The translations under genes and the position numbers were made by a program. 64,000 nt of DNA from Azolla caroliniana (lineage: Eukaryota > Plantae > Polypodiophyta). Positions 47,140 through 60,181 of this stretch are shown piece by piece (within the stretch, counting starts at the first letter, position 1; each line of letters begins with the position of its first letter). A model generated the notes under the pieces. It had not been told where the DNA came from, did no database searches, and saw nothing but the letters and a program-made list of their open reading frames with translations. The stretch covers positions 2,852,001 through 2,916,000 of the forward strand of contig JBHGNT010000014.1 in the NCBI GenBank assembly GCA_043228905.1. The letters run 5' to 3'.

Positions 47140-48352
47140 CACCCTTCTTTCTCTCTCTCCTTTATTTTCTATCTATCTATTATATCTTTATCATATGCTC
47201 ATTAGCATATAGCTCTAACAATGACCTACTATTGTGCATAGTCGGTCACATTGACCTGTTGCAGGTACCTACTTCAACAAGTCATGTTGACCTCTTGTTG
47301 GTTTTATCTTCAGTTAACTAGTTGCAACAAGTCACGACCCAAATATATATATATATCATAAAAATAAAGAAAAAAATAGATATATGCATATACATGCATG
47401 TGTAAAGAAAACTCAGATAAATTTAATTATTTATTTTTAAATATAAATAAATAAAACCTCGTGTTATTTGTCGGTAGCTATGAGCCCGGTTTCAGCTCAA
47501 TCCGAACAGAATCGTTAATCCATGGTTTAACGGTTTATCAATTCCAAAATAATTAAATGGTTTGGTTTGGTTTTAATTATTAATAAACCGTTCGTTTTTA
47601 GTTCGGTTTAGTTTTGAAATTCGAGTTTATCAATTTATAAGTTTAAAGGTTTATTGGTTTTTGGGTTAACCTTTTTTTCCCTTAAATGTTTATGTAGTTT
47701 AATGGTTTAATTAATGTTTTTTATTGATTTAACTTAAATGTTTCTTTAATTTAATATCTTAATTTATGTTTTTTTATTGATTTAATTAATTTAACATACA
47801 TGCTTATTTAATTTAGAGCATTTTTGTTTATTTAGTTTTTTAATTAGTGTTGATGAGTTAGGGTTAAGGATGATGATGATGATGATTGACGGGAACTGGT
47901 TGTTCCTTATGCTCAACGCTCGGCCACAACCGAGCTTAGAATCATACACAGAAAAAACGGGAACTAAATGCACAACACAAAGGAGAGAAAAAGTACACAA
48001 GATGTTTACGTGGAAAACCCAAACTAAGGGAAAAACCACGGCAGCCCACAGGCTGCAAACTATCACTATGTTGGAATGTACAAAGTGAGTTCACGGAGGC
48101 AACGACCTCGTGCTCACGATCTTCGCCACAAGCAGCGGTTACAACAGAGGCAGCGACCTCTTTCTCTCTCTCTCTCTCTGTACATTGTTACGCGCTCTGA
48201 TCTCACGCAAACAAGAAATAATAACAACAAACTAAAAGTTTGCCCTAAGTCATATTTATACTAATATGACTTTTCGGCTATTTACAAATATAGCCTCGAT
48301 GGACTCTCAAAAACATATTTACGAATATGTCTCTTCATCCAGTGAGCATTCC

Positions 48353-48600
48353 TCACCGGGTCTGCACCATCCAGCTCTCCGTAGCCGGGTACTCCTCATC
48401 CGATTCTCACCGGGTTTGCACCATCCGGCTCTCCATAGCCGGGTGCTCCTCATCCGGTCTTCACCGGGTCTACACCATCCGACTCTCCGTAGCCGGGTGC
48501 TCCTCATCCGGTCTTCACCGAGTCTGCACCATCTGGCTCTCCATAGCCGGGTACTCCTCATCCGGTCTTTACCGGGTCTGCATCATCCGGCTCTCCGTAG
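48353..48600. repeat. 54-bp tandem repeat, about 5 copies (last copy continues at 53893)
   Basis: Units start at 48353, 48407, 48461, 48515 and 48569. Confidence 0.92.
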
Positions 48601-51600
48601 TGTTGGGAATCGACGCTCCGATTAACCTTCACCACTCGGCCACAACCGAGGAAGCGCGAATCAATGCAGCAGAAAATAGGAAACACAGAGAAAGACACGA
48701 ATACACAGGGATTAACGTGGAAAACCCTAGACGGGAAAAACCACGGGAGTGCAAGACTCCAACTATCACTCTACGCTGGGAAATATACAATGGCGAGCTG
48801 CAAGGCGACGACCTTGAGCTCGCTATCCTCGCCACAGGCGGCGGTATTACACAGAGGTGTCGACCTCTTCCTTCTCTCTCTCTCGGCTGCTCTCACTTCG
48901 CTCCCTCTAGATGAAAACAGAAAAATGAGCAACAACATTAAAACTGTTTGCCCTAAGTCATATTTATACACATATGACTTTTGGGCTATTTACAACTATA
49001 GCCTCAAGGGCCCTTGGCAAACATATTCACAAATATGTCCCCGCATCCGGATCTCTCTCCGGGTACATTCGTCATCCGGCTCCGTAGCCGGGATCTTCAT
49101 CATCCGGTTCCGAAACCGCAACCGGGCTTGTCGTCATTCATCTCCGACATCCGACCATCCCATCCGAAGGGACCGTAATCCCAACAAACTCCCCCTTCAC
49201 TTCGGCATGGGATGTCTCTCCAATCCGATCCTCTTCCGGCATGCTTCCAGCTTGTTGGGTGTGAGCACCTTGGTCAGCATATCCGACCCGTTCTCGTCCG
49301 TGTGGACCTTCGTCAGCACGAACTCCTTGTCTTCTATCCTTTCCCGGATCCAGTGATATCTTCGCTGGATGTGCTTCGTCCGGGAGTGATAGGCCGCGTT
49401 CTTCGCAAGGTGGATGGCACTCTGACTGTCGCAGTAGAGTCGGTACTCCTCCTGCTGGATACCGAGCTCTCTAATGAAGTCCTTCATCCATATTATTTCC
49501 TTGCCGGCTTCAACAGCCGCCATGTACTCCGCCTCCGTGGTTGACAATGCAACCGTCTTCTGCAGCCTCGACTGCCATGAAACAGCTCCCCCTGCATACG
49601 TCATCACATACCCTGATGTGGACCGGCTGATATCTGCATCAGCCGACATATCCGAATCGGTAAAGCCGTCGAGTTCGGGCTTACCGGAGCCGAATCGGAG
49701 GCACACGTTTGCCGTGCCCTTCAGGTATCGGAGTATCCACTTGGCCGCGTTCCAATGCTCTTTGCCGGGATTGCTCATGTACCGGCTCACCACTCCGACT
49801 GCGTATCCAATGTCCGGTCTTGTACACACCATTGCGTACATCAAGCTTCCGACGGCAGAGGCATATGGCACTTTCATCATGTCCTCCTTCTCAGCCTTTG
49901 TCTTGGGGCTTTGCTTGCTGGACAGCTTGCAGTTTGCCGGGAGGGTCGATCCGACCGGTCTTGCTTCCGACATGTTGAACCGTTTAAGCACCTTTGTCAC
50001 GTACTTCTCCTGTGACAGCCACAACTGCTTCTTGCTCCGGTCCCGGATGATGTGCATCCCTAGTATTTGTCTCGCCGGACCCAAGTCCTTCATTGAGAAG
50101 GTTCGGTGAAGAGCCTTCTTCAGCATCCGTATCTTGACCTGGTCCCGTCCGACGATCAACATGTCGTCCACGTACAGGAGGAGTATTAGAAAGTCTCCTC
50201 CTTCGAACTTCTTCACAAACACGCAGTGGTCGGACTGCGTTTTGAGGTACCCTTCGTCGGTCATGAAAGAGTCGAACTTCCGGTACCATTGCCGGGGAGC
50301 CTGCTTCAGTCCGTAAAGGCTCTTCTTCAACCGGCATACCAGGTGCTCCTTCCCTTTCTTCTCGAATCCTTCCGGTTGCTGCATGTAGATCTCTTCTTCG
50401 AGGTCACCGTGAAGGAATGTCGTCTTCACGTCCATCTGTTCTACCTCGAGGTCCATGCTTGCCGCTATGCTCAGCACCGTCCGGATGGAGGTCATCTTCA
50501 CTACCGGGGCAAATATCTCGTCGAAGTCGACGCCCTTCTTCTGCTGAAACCCCTTCACCACGATCCTGGCTTTGTATCTCGGGGGGTTTCCGGCATCTCC
50601 CGGTTTCAGCTTGAACACCCACTTGTTTCGAAGTGCCCGCTTTCCTTTCGGCAACTCCACAAGTTCATATGTGTGGTTCTCATGCAGGGAATCCATCTCG
50701 TCCTGCATGGCACTCAACCAACTGCGGCTCTGGGTGTCATGCTTTGCTTCTTCAAAGCTCTCCGGCTCCCCCTCGTCGGTTAGCAGCACGTGCTCTGGTT
50801 CCGGAAATCTCCGGGGGGCCCTTCTCTCTCTTAGAGGATATCTCCGTTCCGGAGCTTCGGTAACCGGCTCCTCCGTTTCCTCTTCATCCGAATCCATTTC
50901 GGGATCGGGGCCGGTTCCGGTATCAGTTTCATCTTCCTCGGCCGGTTCTGTTTCTTCACCGTCTTCGGCCGGATCCTCGAGTGCTAACCGGTCCCTTGCC
51001 GGTCGGGACTGCTCCTCGTAGAGTTGATCCTCACCGGTCGACTTGGAGCTCTTCATCTTCTTCTCCGACTCCCAGTCGGCGAGTGTCTTGTTCTCCATGA
51101 AGATGATATCACGACTCCGGAATATCTTCTTGTCGACCGGGTCCCATACTCGGTAGCCGAACTCGTCATCGCCGTAACCGAGGAATATGCATGGCCGGGT
51201 CTTTGGATCTAGCTTTCCTCTCCGGTCCTTAGCCACATGCACATATGCGAGACACCCGAACACCTTCAGATGCCGGTAGGATACTTCCCTACCGGTCCAC
51301 ACTCTCTGCGGCGTGTCTCCGTCCAAAGGTACTGAGGGTGATCTGTTTATCACGTATGTCGCCGTCGACATTGCCTCAGCCCAAAACCCCTTGGGTAATT
51401 TCGCATGCGCCAGCATACTCCGGACCCTCTCCATTATGGTCCGGTTCATCCTCTCGGCCAGCCCGTTCAGTTCCGGCGTCTTCGGCATAGTAAACTCGAG
51501 CCGGATTCCCTTCGAGCGACAGTACTCCTTGAACTGCCCCCGGTATTCCCCTCCGTTATCCGCTCGTATCGCTTTCAGCTTCTTGCCGGATTCCCTTTCC

Positions 51601-53887
51601 ACTCTCGCGTGGAGTTCTTTGAAGACGCACAACACTTGGTCCTTTGTCTTCAGCGGTGCCGTCCACAGTTTTCGGCTATGATCATCTATGAATGTTACGA
51701 AGTACTGGGCTCCGCCATGTGACTTCGTTTCTACCTGACACACATCAGTGTGCACCAACTCCAATGGTGCGCTACGTCTCGTCGGTGGCCTTGAGTGGAA
51801 GGAGGTTCGGTTCTGCTTACCGGCCAGGCAATCGGTGCACTTCTCCAGGTGCACATGCTTCACTGGAATAAGGTTGTCTTCTGCAAGCCTCTTCATCCCC
51901 TTCTCACTCATGTGGCACAGTCTCTTGTGCCACAGCTCACCGGCAGTGTCGGCTGCCACGTTCAACTCTTCCGGACACAACCAGGCATTCATAAGGTACA
52001 GTGTGTTGACTTTCCGGGCCCGAGCCACTATCAGGCTCCCCTTGCTGAACTTCATTACGCCGTTCCGGATGCTACCTGTGTAGCCTTCATCGTCTAGCCT
52101 CCCGGCCGAAATCAGGTTCAATCGAACCTCCGGAACGTGTCTGACATCCTTCAGCAGCATTTTGCATCCGGTCGAGGTTGTCAACCACACGTCTCCTACG
52201 CCGGCAATCCGGCACGTACCTTCATTTCCCATCCGAACACAGCCATGATCACCGACTGTGTAGGATGAGAAGTATCTTCTTTCCGGGGTCAGGTGGAACG
52301 ACGCTCCGGAATCGACCACCCAGGTAGTCTCATCGCCGGCAATGTTTAGTTCACCTTCTTCAGTGATGAGCATGATCTCCTCTTCACTTGCCGCGAGTGC
52401 CGTCGTTCCTTTTCGGTCCTGCCCTCGCCGATCCGAACCATTCCGGTCCGTGGCTCCCCGGTAAGCACCGTTCCGTTCCGAAGACTTCTTCGAATCGGTG
52501 TCGTCGGCTCCGTTGTCTTTTCGGTAATGCCGACAATTCTTTCGGAAGTGCCCCGGCTTCCCACAGTGGAAGCATGTGGGCCTTCCTCTTGACTGCGACC
52601 GGGTCCCCGACTTCTCCCGTCTTTGCGGACTCCGGTTCCGTTGTCTTCCCCGATCCGATTCGGTAAACAACATCTTCGGATCGGAGGCCGGTTCTTTATC
52701 TCTCCGACGCGCTTCTTCGTTCAAAATACTTGTCTTTACCGTTTGTAGGGACAAGTTATCTTCGGTGCAGGAGGTGCTGAGAGTCACCACCAAGTTCTCC
52801 CAGCTTTCCGGCAATGTACACATCAGAATGATGGCTTGCATTGCATCCTCCAGCGGGAACTTGATCGCCGCAAGCTGGTTCACGAATCCCATGAACGTGC
52901 TTACGTGTTCCACCATACTCTCGCCGTCCCGGTACTTGAGGTTCACTATCTTCCTCATCAGGGAGGTCCGGTTCAACGCATTCTTCCTCTCGTAGAGGCC
53001 CGACAGCTTCCGCCACATCTCATATGCGTTGGTGTCGTTCGCCACATGTTGTAGAACGCTCACGTCGACGTATTGCCGAATGGTTGCAACGGCTTTCCGG
53101 TTCAGAAGCCTCCATTCCGTCTCAAGTACCCCCTTGGGTATTTCCGACCTGTCGATCGGTTCATACAGGTCCCGAACAATCAGCAGATCCTCCATCTTTA
53201 TCTTCCAGTCGGCGTAGTTCTGCGCATTCAGCACCATCATCCCCGGCTGCCCGCTGCTGCCGCCTTCCATTTTCTGCACTGCAGTCGCTCTGATACCAGT
53301 TTGTTGGGAATCGACGCTCCGATTAACCTTCACCACTCGGCCACAACCGAGGAAGCGCGAATCAATGCAGCAGAAAATAGGAAACACAGAGAAAGACACG
53401 AATACACAGGGATTAACGTGGAAAACCCTAGACGGGAAAAACCACGGGAGTGCAAGACTCCAACTATCACTCTACGCTGGGAAATATACAATGGCGAGCT
53501 GCAAGGCGACGACCTTGAGCTCGCTATCCTCGCCACAGGCGGCGGTATTACACAGAGGCGTCGACCTCTTCCTTCTCTCTCTCTCGGCTGCTCTCACTTC
53601 GCTCCCTCTAGATGAAAACAGAAAAATGAGCAACAACATTAAAACTGTTTGCCCTAAGTCATATTTATACACATATGACTTTCGGGCTATTTACAACTAT
53701 AGCCTCAAGGGCCCTTGGCAAACATATTCACAAATATGTCCCCGCATCCGGATCTCTCTCCGGGTACATTCGTCATCCGGCTCCGTAGCCGGGATCTTCA
53801 TCATCCGGTTCCGAAACCGCAACCGGGCTTGTCGTCATTCATCTCCGACATCCGACCATCCCATCCGAAGGGACCGTAATCCCAACA
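48601..53887 (-). mobile_element. Intact Ty1/Copia retrotransposon (Tnt1/Tork-like)
   Basis: 586-bp LTRs 48601-49186 and 53302-53887 (2 differences seen), TSD CGTAG, iMet PBS 53287-53298, PPT 49187-49197. Confidence 0.97.
49197..53270 (-). CDS. Copia gag-pol polyprotein
   Basis: Single open frame: CFHCGKPGHFRKNC, WVVDSGAS, LWHKRLCH, integrase, LLYVDD, RNase H (TDSD, TKHI). Likely ATG at 53270. Confidence 0.95.
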   Translation of the reverse strand: MEGGSSGQPGMMVLNAQNYADWKIKMEDLLIVRDLYEPIDRSEIPKGVLETEWRLLNRKAVATIRQYVDVSVLQHVANDTNAYEMWRKLSGLYERKNALNRTSLMRKIVNLKYRDGESMVEHVSTFMGFVNQLAAIKFPLEDAMQAIILMCTLPESWENLVVTLSTSCTEDNLSLQTVKTSILNEEARRRDKEPASDPKMLFTESDRGRQRNRSPQRREKSGTRSQSRGRPTCFHCGKPGHFRKNCRHYRKDNGADDTDSKKSSERNGAYRGATDRNGSDRRGQDRKGTTALAASEEEIMLITEEGELNIAGDETTWVVDSGASFHLTPERRYFSSYTVGDHGCVRMGNEGTCRIAGVGDVWLTTSTGCKMLLKDVRHVPEVRLNLISAGRLDDEGYTGSIRNGVMKFSKGSLIVARARKVNTLYLMNAWLCPEELNVAADTAGELWHKRLCHMSEKGMKRLAEDNLIPVKHVHLEKCTDCLAGKQNRTSFHSRPPTRRSAPLELVHTDVCQVETKSHGGAQYFVTFIDDHSRKLWTAPLKTKDQVLCVFKELHARVERESGKKLKAIRADNGGEYRGQFKEYCRSKGIRLEFTMPKTPELNGLAERMNRTIMERVRSMLAHAKLPKGFWAEAMSTATYVINRSPSVPLDGDTPQRVWTGREVSYRHLKVFGCLAYVHVAKDRRGKLDPKTRPCIFLGYGDDEFGYRVWDPVDKKIFRSRDIIFMENKTLADWESEKKMKSSKSTGEDQLYEEQSRPARDRLALEDPAEDGEETEPAEEDETDTGTGPDPEMDSDEEETEEPVTEAPERRYPLRERRAPRRFPEPEHVLLTDEGEPESFEEAKHDTQSRSWLSAMQDEMDSLHENHTYELVELPKGKRALRNKWVFKLKPGDAGNPPRYKARIVVKGFQQKKGVDFDEIFAPVVKMTSIRTVLSIAASMDLEVEQMDVKTTFLHGDLEEEIYMQQPEGFEKKGKEHLVCRLKKSLYGLKQAPRQWYRKFDSFMTDEGYLKTQSDHCVFVKKFEGGDFLILLLYVDDMLIVGRDQVKIRMLKKALHRTFSMKDLGPARQILGMHIIRDRSKKQLWLSQEKYVTKVLKRFNMSEARPVGSTLPANCKLSSKQSPKTKAEKEDMMKVPYASAVGSLMYAMVCTRPDIGYAVGVVSRYMSNPGKEHWNAAKWILRYLKGTANVCLRFGSGKPELDGFTDSDMSADADISRSTSGYVMTYAGGAVSWQSRLQKTVALSTTEAEYMAAVEAGKEIIWMKDFIRELGIQQEEYRLYCDSQSAIHLAKNAAYHSRTKHIQRRYHWIRERIEDKEFVLTKVHTDENGSDMLTKVLTPNKLEACRKRIGLERHPMPK

Positions 53888-54846
53888 CGTAGCCGGGTAC
53901 TCCTCATACGGTTTCGGCCTCGGCCGAGTTTGTTCATCAGCATTGTTCTTCTCCCTTTCCATCCGGAGGGACCTGTCTCCCAACAATGATAGGGTAGTGA
54001 TGGGGATATTGATAAGCATTACGAGGTGGGGGGTGGAGCCATTCTCCCAAGGGGGTTCAACGTGAGGGAGGAAGAGAGAGAGAGAGAGAGAGAGAGAGAC
54101 GTCAAGAGATAGAAAATAAAGCGAAAGATACTTCATGTTTCATTCATTCCCCATAAGGGGGTTAAATAATACAATGGGGGGTTACATACATAGGGGTGCA
54201 TGCCCCTTTAGCCATCCACACATATCACTCACTCACACCCTTTCCTATCTGTCCACACTTACACATATACTCACACTCATAATCGTATACATTACACATT
54301 CACACAACACTATAATCATTCACCCTCACTCATCACACTCAAATCTCCGTACATCTCATGCGGTAACAATTAGTTTGACTTCAATGTGGTTAGGTTTAAA
54401 CTTTTTATTAAATGGTTCGATTTGGTTTCAACTTTTCCCTAAATGGTTTGATTTACCTTTTCTTAAATGGTTTGGTTTAAATGGCTTGAATGTTCTTAAT
54501 TGGTTTTGTTTGGGTTTTGTTTTATATAAATGATTTGGTTCGGTTCGGTTCGGTTTCTTTGTCTTGAAACCGAACCGGGCCCATTGTTAATTGTCAGTTA
54601 AACAACGAAACCCTAATTGGGTATTCAATGTGAACTTGAACCACCACAAATAATCACACATATCGACGAAAACGAACCGATGCTCGTAGAAGAGAAACCA
54701 AATATTTTACATAACTACGAAAGAAAAAGAACCGAGAATACTGAAGTTCTTGAGTTGGTTGTCATTGATTGAGAAAACACACTCCATTAATTACTCCGAG
54801 ATTAAGAAAAACATAAAAAAAAACAATAGAAGAAAACATTAACCAT

Positions 54847-55285
54847 GCTTTGATACGAACTTTTAGAATCTTAATTAATGCTAAGCAAAATTAAAGAAAA
54901 AAAATAAAGAAGAAAGGGTGTGAGTCCACCCGACCACTACTTAGCGAAGTTTAGAGATGGATCCAAGTCCCCCATTGGTGTCCCATACCACCGTGTACGA
55001 ACATGGATTGTACCTTGGGTTTAAAGAAGGAGGCACACATGGATGAAGCTAGAGCTTTGCTACAATAGAAAAGACATCCCCTTCATGAGGTAGCTAGCCT
55101 TCTTATATAGGCTCAAACCCTAGCTCCATGTGTGCGTTTCATACTTAGTTGCTTTTTTTATAAATAGTAACCAAATGGTGAAACAGTCTAAAGTTATCTC
55201 TCACCATAGGATAGAGATTAACTCGATCCTCATCCTTCATCCCTACAAATTAGCCCACAACTAGCTTACGGTTATGCTCATAACA
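54847..55285 (-). repeat. Possible degenerate LTR with iMet-type PBS
   Basis: GCTTTGATACGA PBS-like motif followed by ~420 bp ending in TAACA. Confidence 0.35.
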
Positions 55286-56699
55286 CCATGACATGGTTAA
55301 GATCGACTTCTGACATAATTTCAAAGCAAAGGGTAGAAGGAGGGGTTGGTGAATCAAACTGTAATGAGCTAAGAGAAGTGGAGAAAGAAAGCAAAACTAG
55401 GTGGAATAAAATGGGTAAAGATGGGTTAGAAAACTCTCTAGAAGAGCGTTCTAACAAGCTATAGATAAAAGAAATGGAGGTCTGAGCTAGAAATTGTGTG
55501 AATGACAAGAACTAAGATATACTAGTACAGGAGTACCATATTATAGAGATATAATAAATTATAACTCTCTTAAAAGTTGAGATAGAAAGCTATGTAATGC
55601 TAGAAACAGAGCTCCGAGAGGAAATGATTGCACGACATAAGACACTATTTCGCTAAAACTAGCATTGATCCTCAAAGGATCAAGAAGACGAGTTCTCCTT
55701 TTGTATTAACCTTAGGATTAGATGTACCACTAATGTAAATCCCTTTTTTTAGAGGTTATGTGTATCACTTCTACATGCAATATTCACATGTAACCACTCT
55801 TTTACAATCAACTTTAATAAGAGCCACTCAATCAATCTTAACCTTTATAATAATTCCTAAACATCACATTTATTCCATAATGACCAAAATGGTAGAATGT
55901 GTGACTTGTTACAGGTCCAAACTAAGGGTAAACATTTGCAAGATATAATATGGTTCAATTTATTGAACTAAAGCCTATTAATATTATGGGTATTTCCATT
56001 TTCCACTTTCATTTTTGGGCATGTCAAAACAATCTTGAATCTTGATTAGTTTGAACCTTTGAACTTACAATGCACGATGGACAAATCAATCCGTTTGAGT
56101 TAAATCATCTTCACGTCAAAGTTCTTTTATTTAAAATCTCAACTCAATGACATGAAGTTAATACTTCACAATAACATCAACTCCATAAGAAAAACTTGAA
56201 CAACCAACTTTGATTAATTCTTAAACATTTAATAACTAATCCAACTAACATCAATCTCACTTTGGTTAAGTTGATTCTTAAACATTTAATAACTAATCCA
56301 ATTTGTTTGATTTCTAGACTCAAAACATGTGTTCCACCTATTTGTCTCTGGGACATTAATACCATGATAATTGAAACTTTTCGTCACGTGTATTGGTTCT
56401 CTCTTGTATTTAAAAGTGGGGTAGTGTCTTTATTGTATTGCCTTTATTGTCATTGTTTTTGTTTTGTTCACGTTTAGTAGTAGCTTGCTGATTCGACAAA
56501 ATATTTGCAATGTGTTGACTATTCTGTATCATCCAAAGTATGTGAGAACAATATACAAGTGTTTATTGTTTCTTCTAGTTTATTGCTACATAGACCCAAG
56601 AGTGTGGAAGAGATTGGATGCTTTTCTTTGTACCCATATTGCTTAAGAAGTGCTTCGAGAAACCATTATCCAGTTTCTATTGGCATCTAACTTGCTCAT

Positions 56700-57150
56700 A
56701 CGGTCTTGCTACAACTGCTTTATATTCTTATAGCAGTTGGATATCTAACATTCTTTATATTCTAATGGTATAGTTGCAAAGTCTTTCTTGAAGTCCACAA
56801 AACAAGAATGTAGTGTTTTTATTCAAAGTAATCTTTCTTCCATAATTACTCTTAGTGTAACCAAATGATCATTAGTGGTATCTTTTTATTCTAATCTACT
56901 TCACCAAGTGCTCTTTTGTGATGATGTTCAAACCAAGGTCTACTTTTTTGCTCCATGATAGTGCTTTGTAACTTGGCTTTAACATAGCTAGCCATGATAG
57001 TTCATCTCCTCCTTTATAGATCGGTGTGATCCAATTCGTGAGCCAAAATTCTAGAAAAACTTGTTTGATAGTTTGATCAATAATAGTTGTTATCCACGGT
57101 GAGTTTGTGGCCTTATTCATTACAAGAGCTCGATTTTTGTTAAAATTGCA
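56700..57150 (-). mobile_element. Highly degenerate LINE RT fragment
   Basis: WLTNWITPIYKGGD matches WTTNWIKPLHKGGD of the 44.6-kb LINE; boundaries approximate. Confidence 0.6.
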
Positions 57151-59685
57151 TTTGACGCTTTGCCCTTAGACATGTTTTTGCCCTACTATTCACATCTCAA
57201 TAGACACGAATGCATTTTATGGTGTTTCCATAATGTCATAGGTATTTTCCCATCATATAAAGGTTATTATATATATATTGTTCCATCTCTTCATTGGTCA
57301 ATTCACCAACCATATCTTCTTTTTTTACCCTTCTGTTGTCCATTAACTTTTTGATAGCAAGGTCATATTATGTGACTCTTTTCCTTTTGTACTCTAATGA
57401 ATTAGTCAATGTGTGAGTTTTTTGTTGCATTGTGTAAGTATAAGGGCTCGTGGTCTAAGTTTGGTGACAATGGGCCAATTTTGAATATATTCACCATGGA
57501 TGCAACACATTCTCTCATTGATCCATGGACTCATCCATGGGAAGTTGCTAAGTAATGCAAAAATAAAATGAAACACTTTAACACTTTCCACAAACAATAT
57601 AACACATTGAAAATATGCACTAACAATTCAATTCAGCAAATGACAACATACACATTCAATGCATTTATCCAAAAAGAAGATATTTAAAAGTAGTAGTGAG
57701 GAAGCATGTGATAAATGAATTGTTTTCAATAAAGATAACAATACCATGTTTGTTTATGGCATGATAATCATTCAACAATCTCAGTGTGTAAGCTATAGAA
57801 TCATATGAATCGTGTGGGTGTGGGTGGAAATTTCACGCACCCTCGACATCATTGTTTTTATACGTATAGCAAAAATGAAATGCCATTTACTTTGACAAAA
57901 ACACGAACATTCACATTCAATGAATTTATCGGTGTAAAAGATATTATCAAAGGTAGATAATGAATCAACATGTGATAAATCAAACGCTTTCATTTAAGAT
58001 ACCAAGACAACATTTGCGCGCTGGCATGATATTTGAATTTGAAGGATCCCCTTGCGTAAAACGTACGCATTATAACCATGTTGTGTGGATGTGTATGTAA
58101 AGTTTACAAACTAGATTATTTTGTTTTTATTAACAAACAATGTGATTCATTTTCTTTAGATGAAAGTAATTCTCATCAAGTTTTGATCTATTTGTGTCCT
58201 TCGTTACTAGGTTTTACATTTATATATATATATAGACTTCATAAAAAGGGAGTTGTAGAATGTTTGATTCGGCACATCATAGTAAGTTAATCAATGAAAC
58301 CTCAATAGAGTATGTGAGTTTGTACCCTACTTGAAAGGTAAGGACGTAGCTCTCATACTTTTACAATAAATCTAAAACTTAAAATTTTTAGACTAATTGT
58401 TTCCTTTTCAAGCTCATGTGTTAATTCAATTCATTTTTGTAGAGATAATTTAACATGACGATATTCTAAATAGATTTTGTAATGTTGGCAACCTCAACAA
58501 GGAGGTTCAGTAGTGTTTACTTCATGTATAGACCTATTCTAAGACTACGTCCAACAACATTGCCCAATGATGATCTCAAAAGGTCAACCCTGATGCTTTT
58601 GTTGGAGAATATCATTGTTTCTTTAAGAGCGCAGGTGATTCGATAGGTCATAGATGAACAACATGTCCATGTAAAATAAAATAGAGAAAAAGATTTCTTT
58701 ACCAAGTTGCATTTATGTCACTCTTGAAAAAAGGGAACAATAGAGGTCCATAATGACAAAACAACCATTTTACCACCACTAATGTTTTGTTTTGCCACAT
58801 CCACCGAAGACGTATTGTTTTGCAACATAAGTTCGGATTTAATAGACTACGAGGTAATTGTATTGAATGGGTAGAGTGACTTGTTAATGGTTAAGGAAGC
58901 CTGTGCAAACAAGTAGCATTAATACTAACATTGGTATTTCGAATAGCTCAATGAAACAAATCAAGCCACATTAGAATTTTGATTTTATGGTATTGTCATG
59001 AAAATCTAGATTAAAAATATATGATGGTGTACACATCGTGAAGCCTCTCGTGCTTCTCAACATTTGTCATAACGTCTTATTATGGGTTTTGAGGTTGTGT
59101 TCAACATATAATTCTAGCCAAAGTGACTTTACACCAATCAGTTTGCACTAGAAAAAACAAAGTGGTTTCACAACATTGAAATTGTCCCATGTCCTACCAG
59201 GTGAAGCTTGAAAAACAATGGGATTATCGTCTTCGAAATGACAACACTAAATTGAAGTGCGTGAATGTGGTATGAGAGCATGGTCATGCTATATAAGGAC
59301 ATTCGTGTCAAGAGATGAATCTTATCTATTCTCCTAATAGTGCATATAGGTGCTCACAAGATCATCTAGAAAGAGAAAGCATAACTAGTAGAGATGTTTT
59401 GTTATGAGGAATTTTGTAGTTTGAAAAGAGGATCATGTGCTCCTCAGAAAAAGACACCACTAGCTTGTTGTTTTTTATATATTGGCAAGAAACTGGTGTT
59501 CACAAGCCTTTCCTATCTCTTGATTTAGTTGGAGAGCATAATTAGTCACATGTGTATTGGATGGGTCTCTGATGTCTATAATTGATTGATTTGCATCTTA
59601 GCATATGTATCTAATCATTACAACGAGGTCTATGGTTTGCTAGGGGCCTCATCATGGTCTCAACTCGAGATATGCACAAAGAGGT

Positions 59686-60178
59686 AGATAGATAGATTCT
59701 ATTATCGTCTTCAGAGGGCAATATATGATCTATGAGACCAAAAATATTACATTTCACGTGATACATGTGAAGTGAGTAGCGACTCTCAATGTTCAAGAAC
59801 TTTACCAATAAATGTTGCAATCGAGAGAGTGCAAATTGTTATTGTGAGAGAAATTCGTGCCAGGATTGGGCTTGGACGAAGATGTGCGAAAAGCATAGTC
59901 GAATATGATCAAAGGCAGAGAGCACTGTATCAAAGTGTGATATTGAGACTCTCAAACTTGTTTGAGGTAAAGTGTGCATAATCGGCCACTCTCATCACTT
60001 GTGCCCCAACGCCCCGTCTCACGTCGCAATGAATGTGAGCTAAGTCGCATGGCAGCAATGGTTTGAATGGTAGACAATGGGATGGACTCTAACATGTATC
60101 GATATGTACGGTTTCTTTGTTTCGTGAAGAATATGGTTTTGTGGTTATGTGCAACACGTGTAGTATAAAATAGTAGAC
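59686..60178 (-). mobile_element. 3' end of RTE-like LINE with (TATC)n tail
   Basis: Reverse complement of about 46420-46888; ends GAAGACGATAATAGAATCTATCTATCTA. Confidence 0.88.
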
Positions 60179-60180
60179 TT

Positions 60181-60181
<1 letters not shown>

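Larger units (their letters stand above)
43042..47220. mobile_element. Element bounded by ~80-bp inverted repeats with 5-bp TSD ATGAC
   Basis: 43042-43124 is an imperfect reverse complement of 47140-47220; ATGAC at 43037-43041 and 47221-47225. Confidence 0.65.
47887..53985 (-). repeat. Copia solo LTR (~807 bp) split by a younger Copia
   Basis: TG...CCCAACA ends, TSD ATGAT (47882-47886, 53986-53990), family motifs shared with neighbouring LTRs. Confidence 0.85.
47475..54589. mobile_element. Non-autonomous hAT-like DNA transposon hosting LTR insertions
   Basis: Imperfect TIRs TAGCTATGAGCCCGGTT / AACCGGGCCCATTGTTA, degenerate 8-bp TSD TTTGTCGG / ATTGTCAG, many subterminal AACCG/CGGTT motifs. 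Confidence 0.6.

Noticed and set aside
48353-48600. CRISPR-like array or 18-aa repeat protein
   Set aside because: Head-to-tail repeats with no unique spacers, inside a eukaryotic LTR.
57400-59600. Possible gene or DNA-transposon remnants
   Set aside because: Only short AT-rich ORFs with no motif I could recognise.
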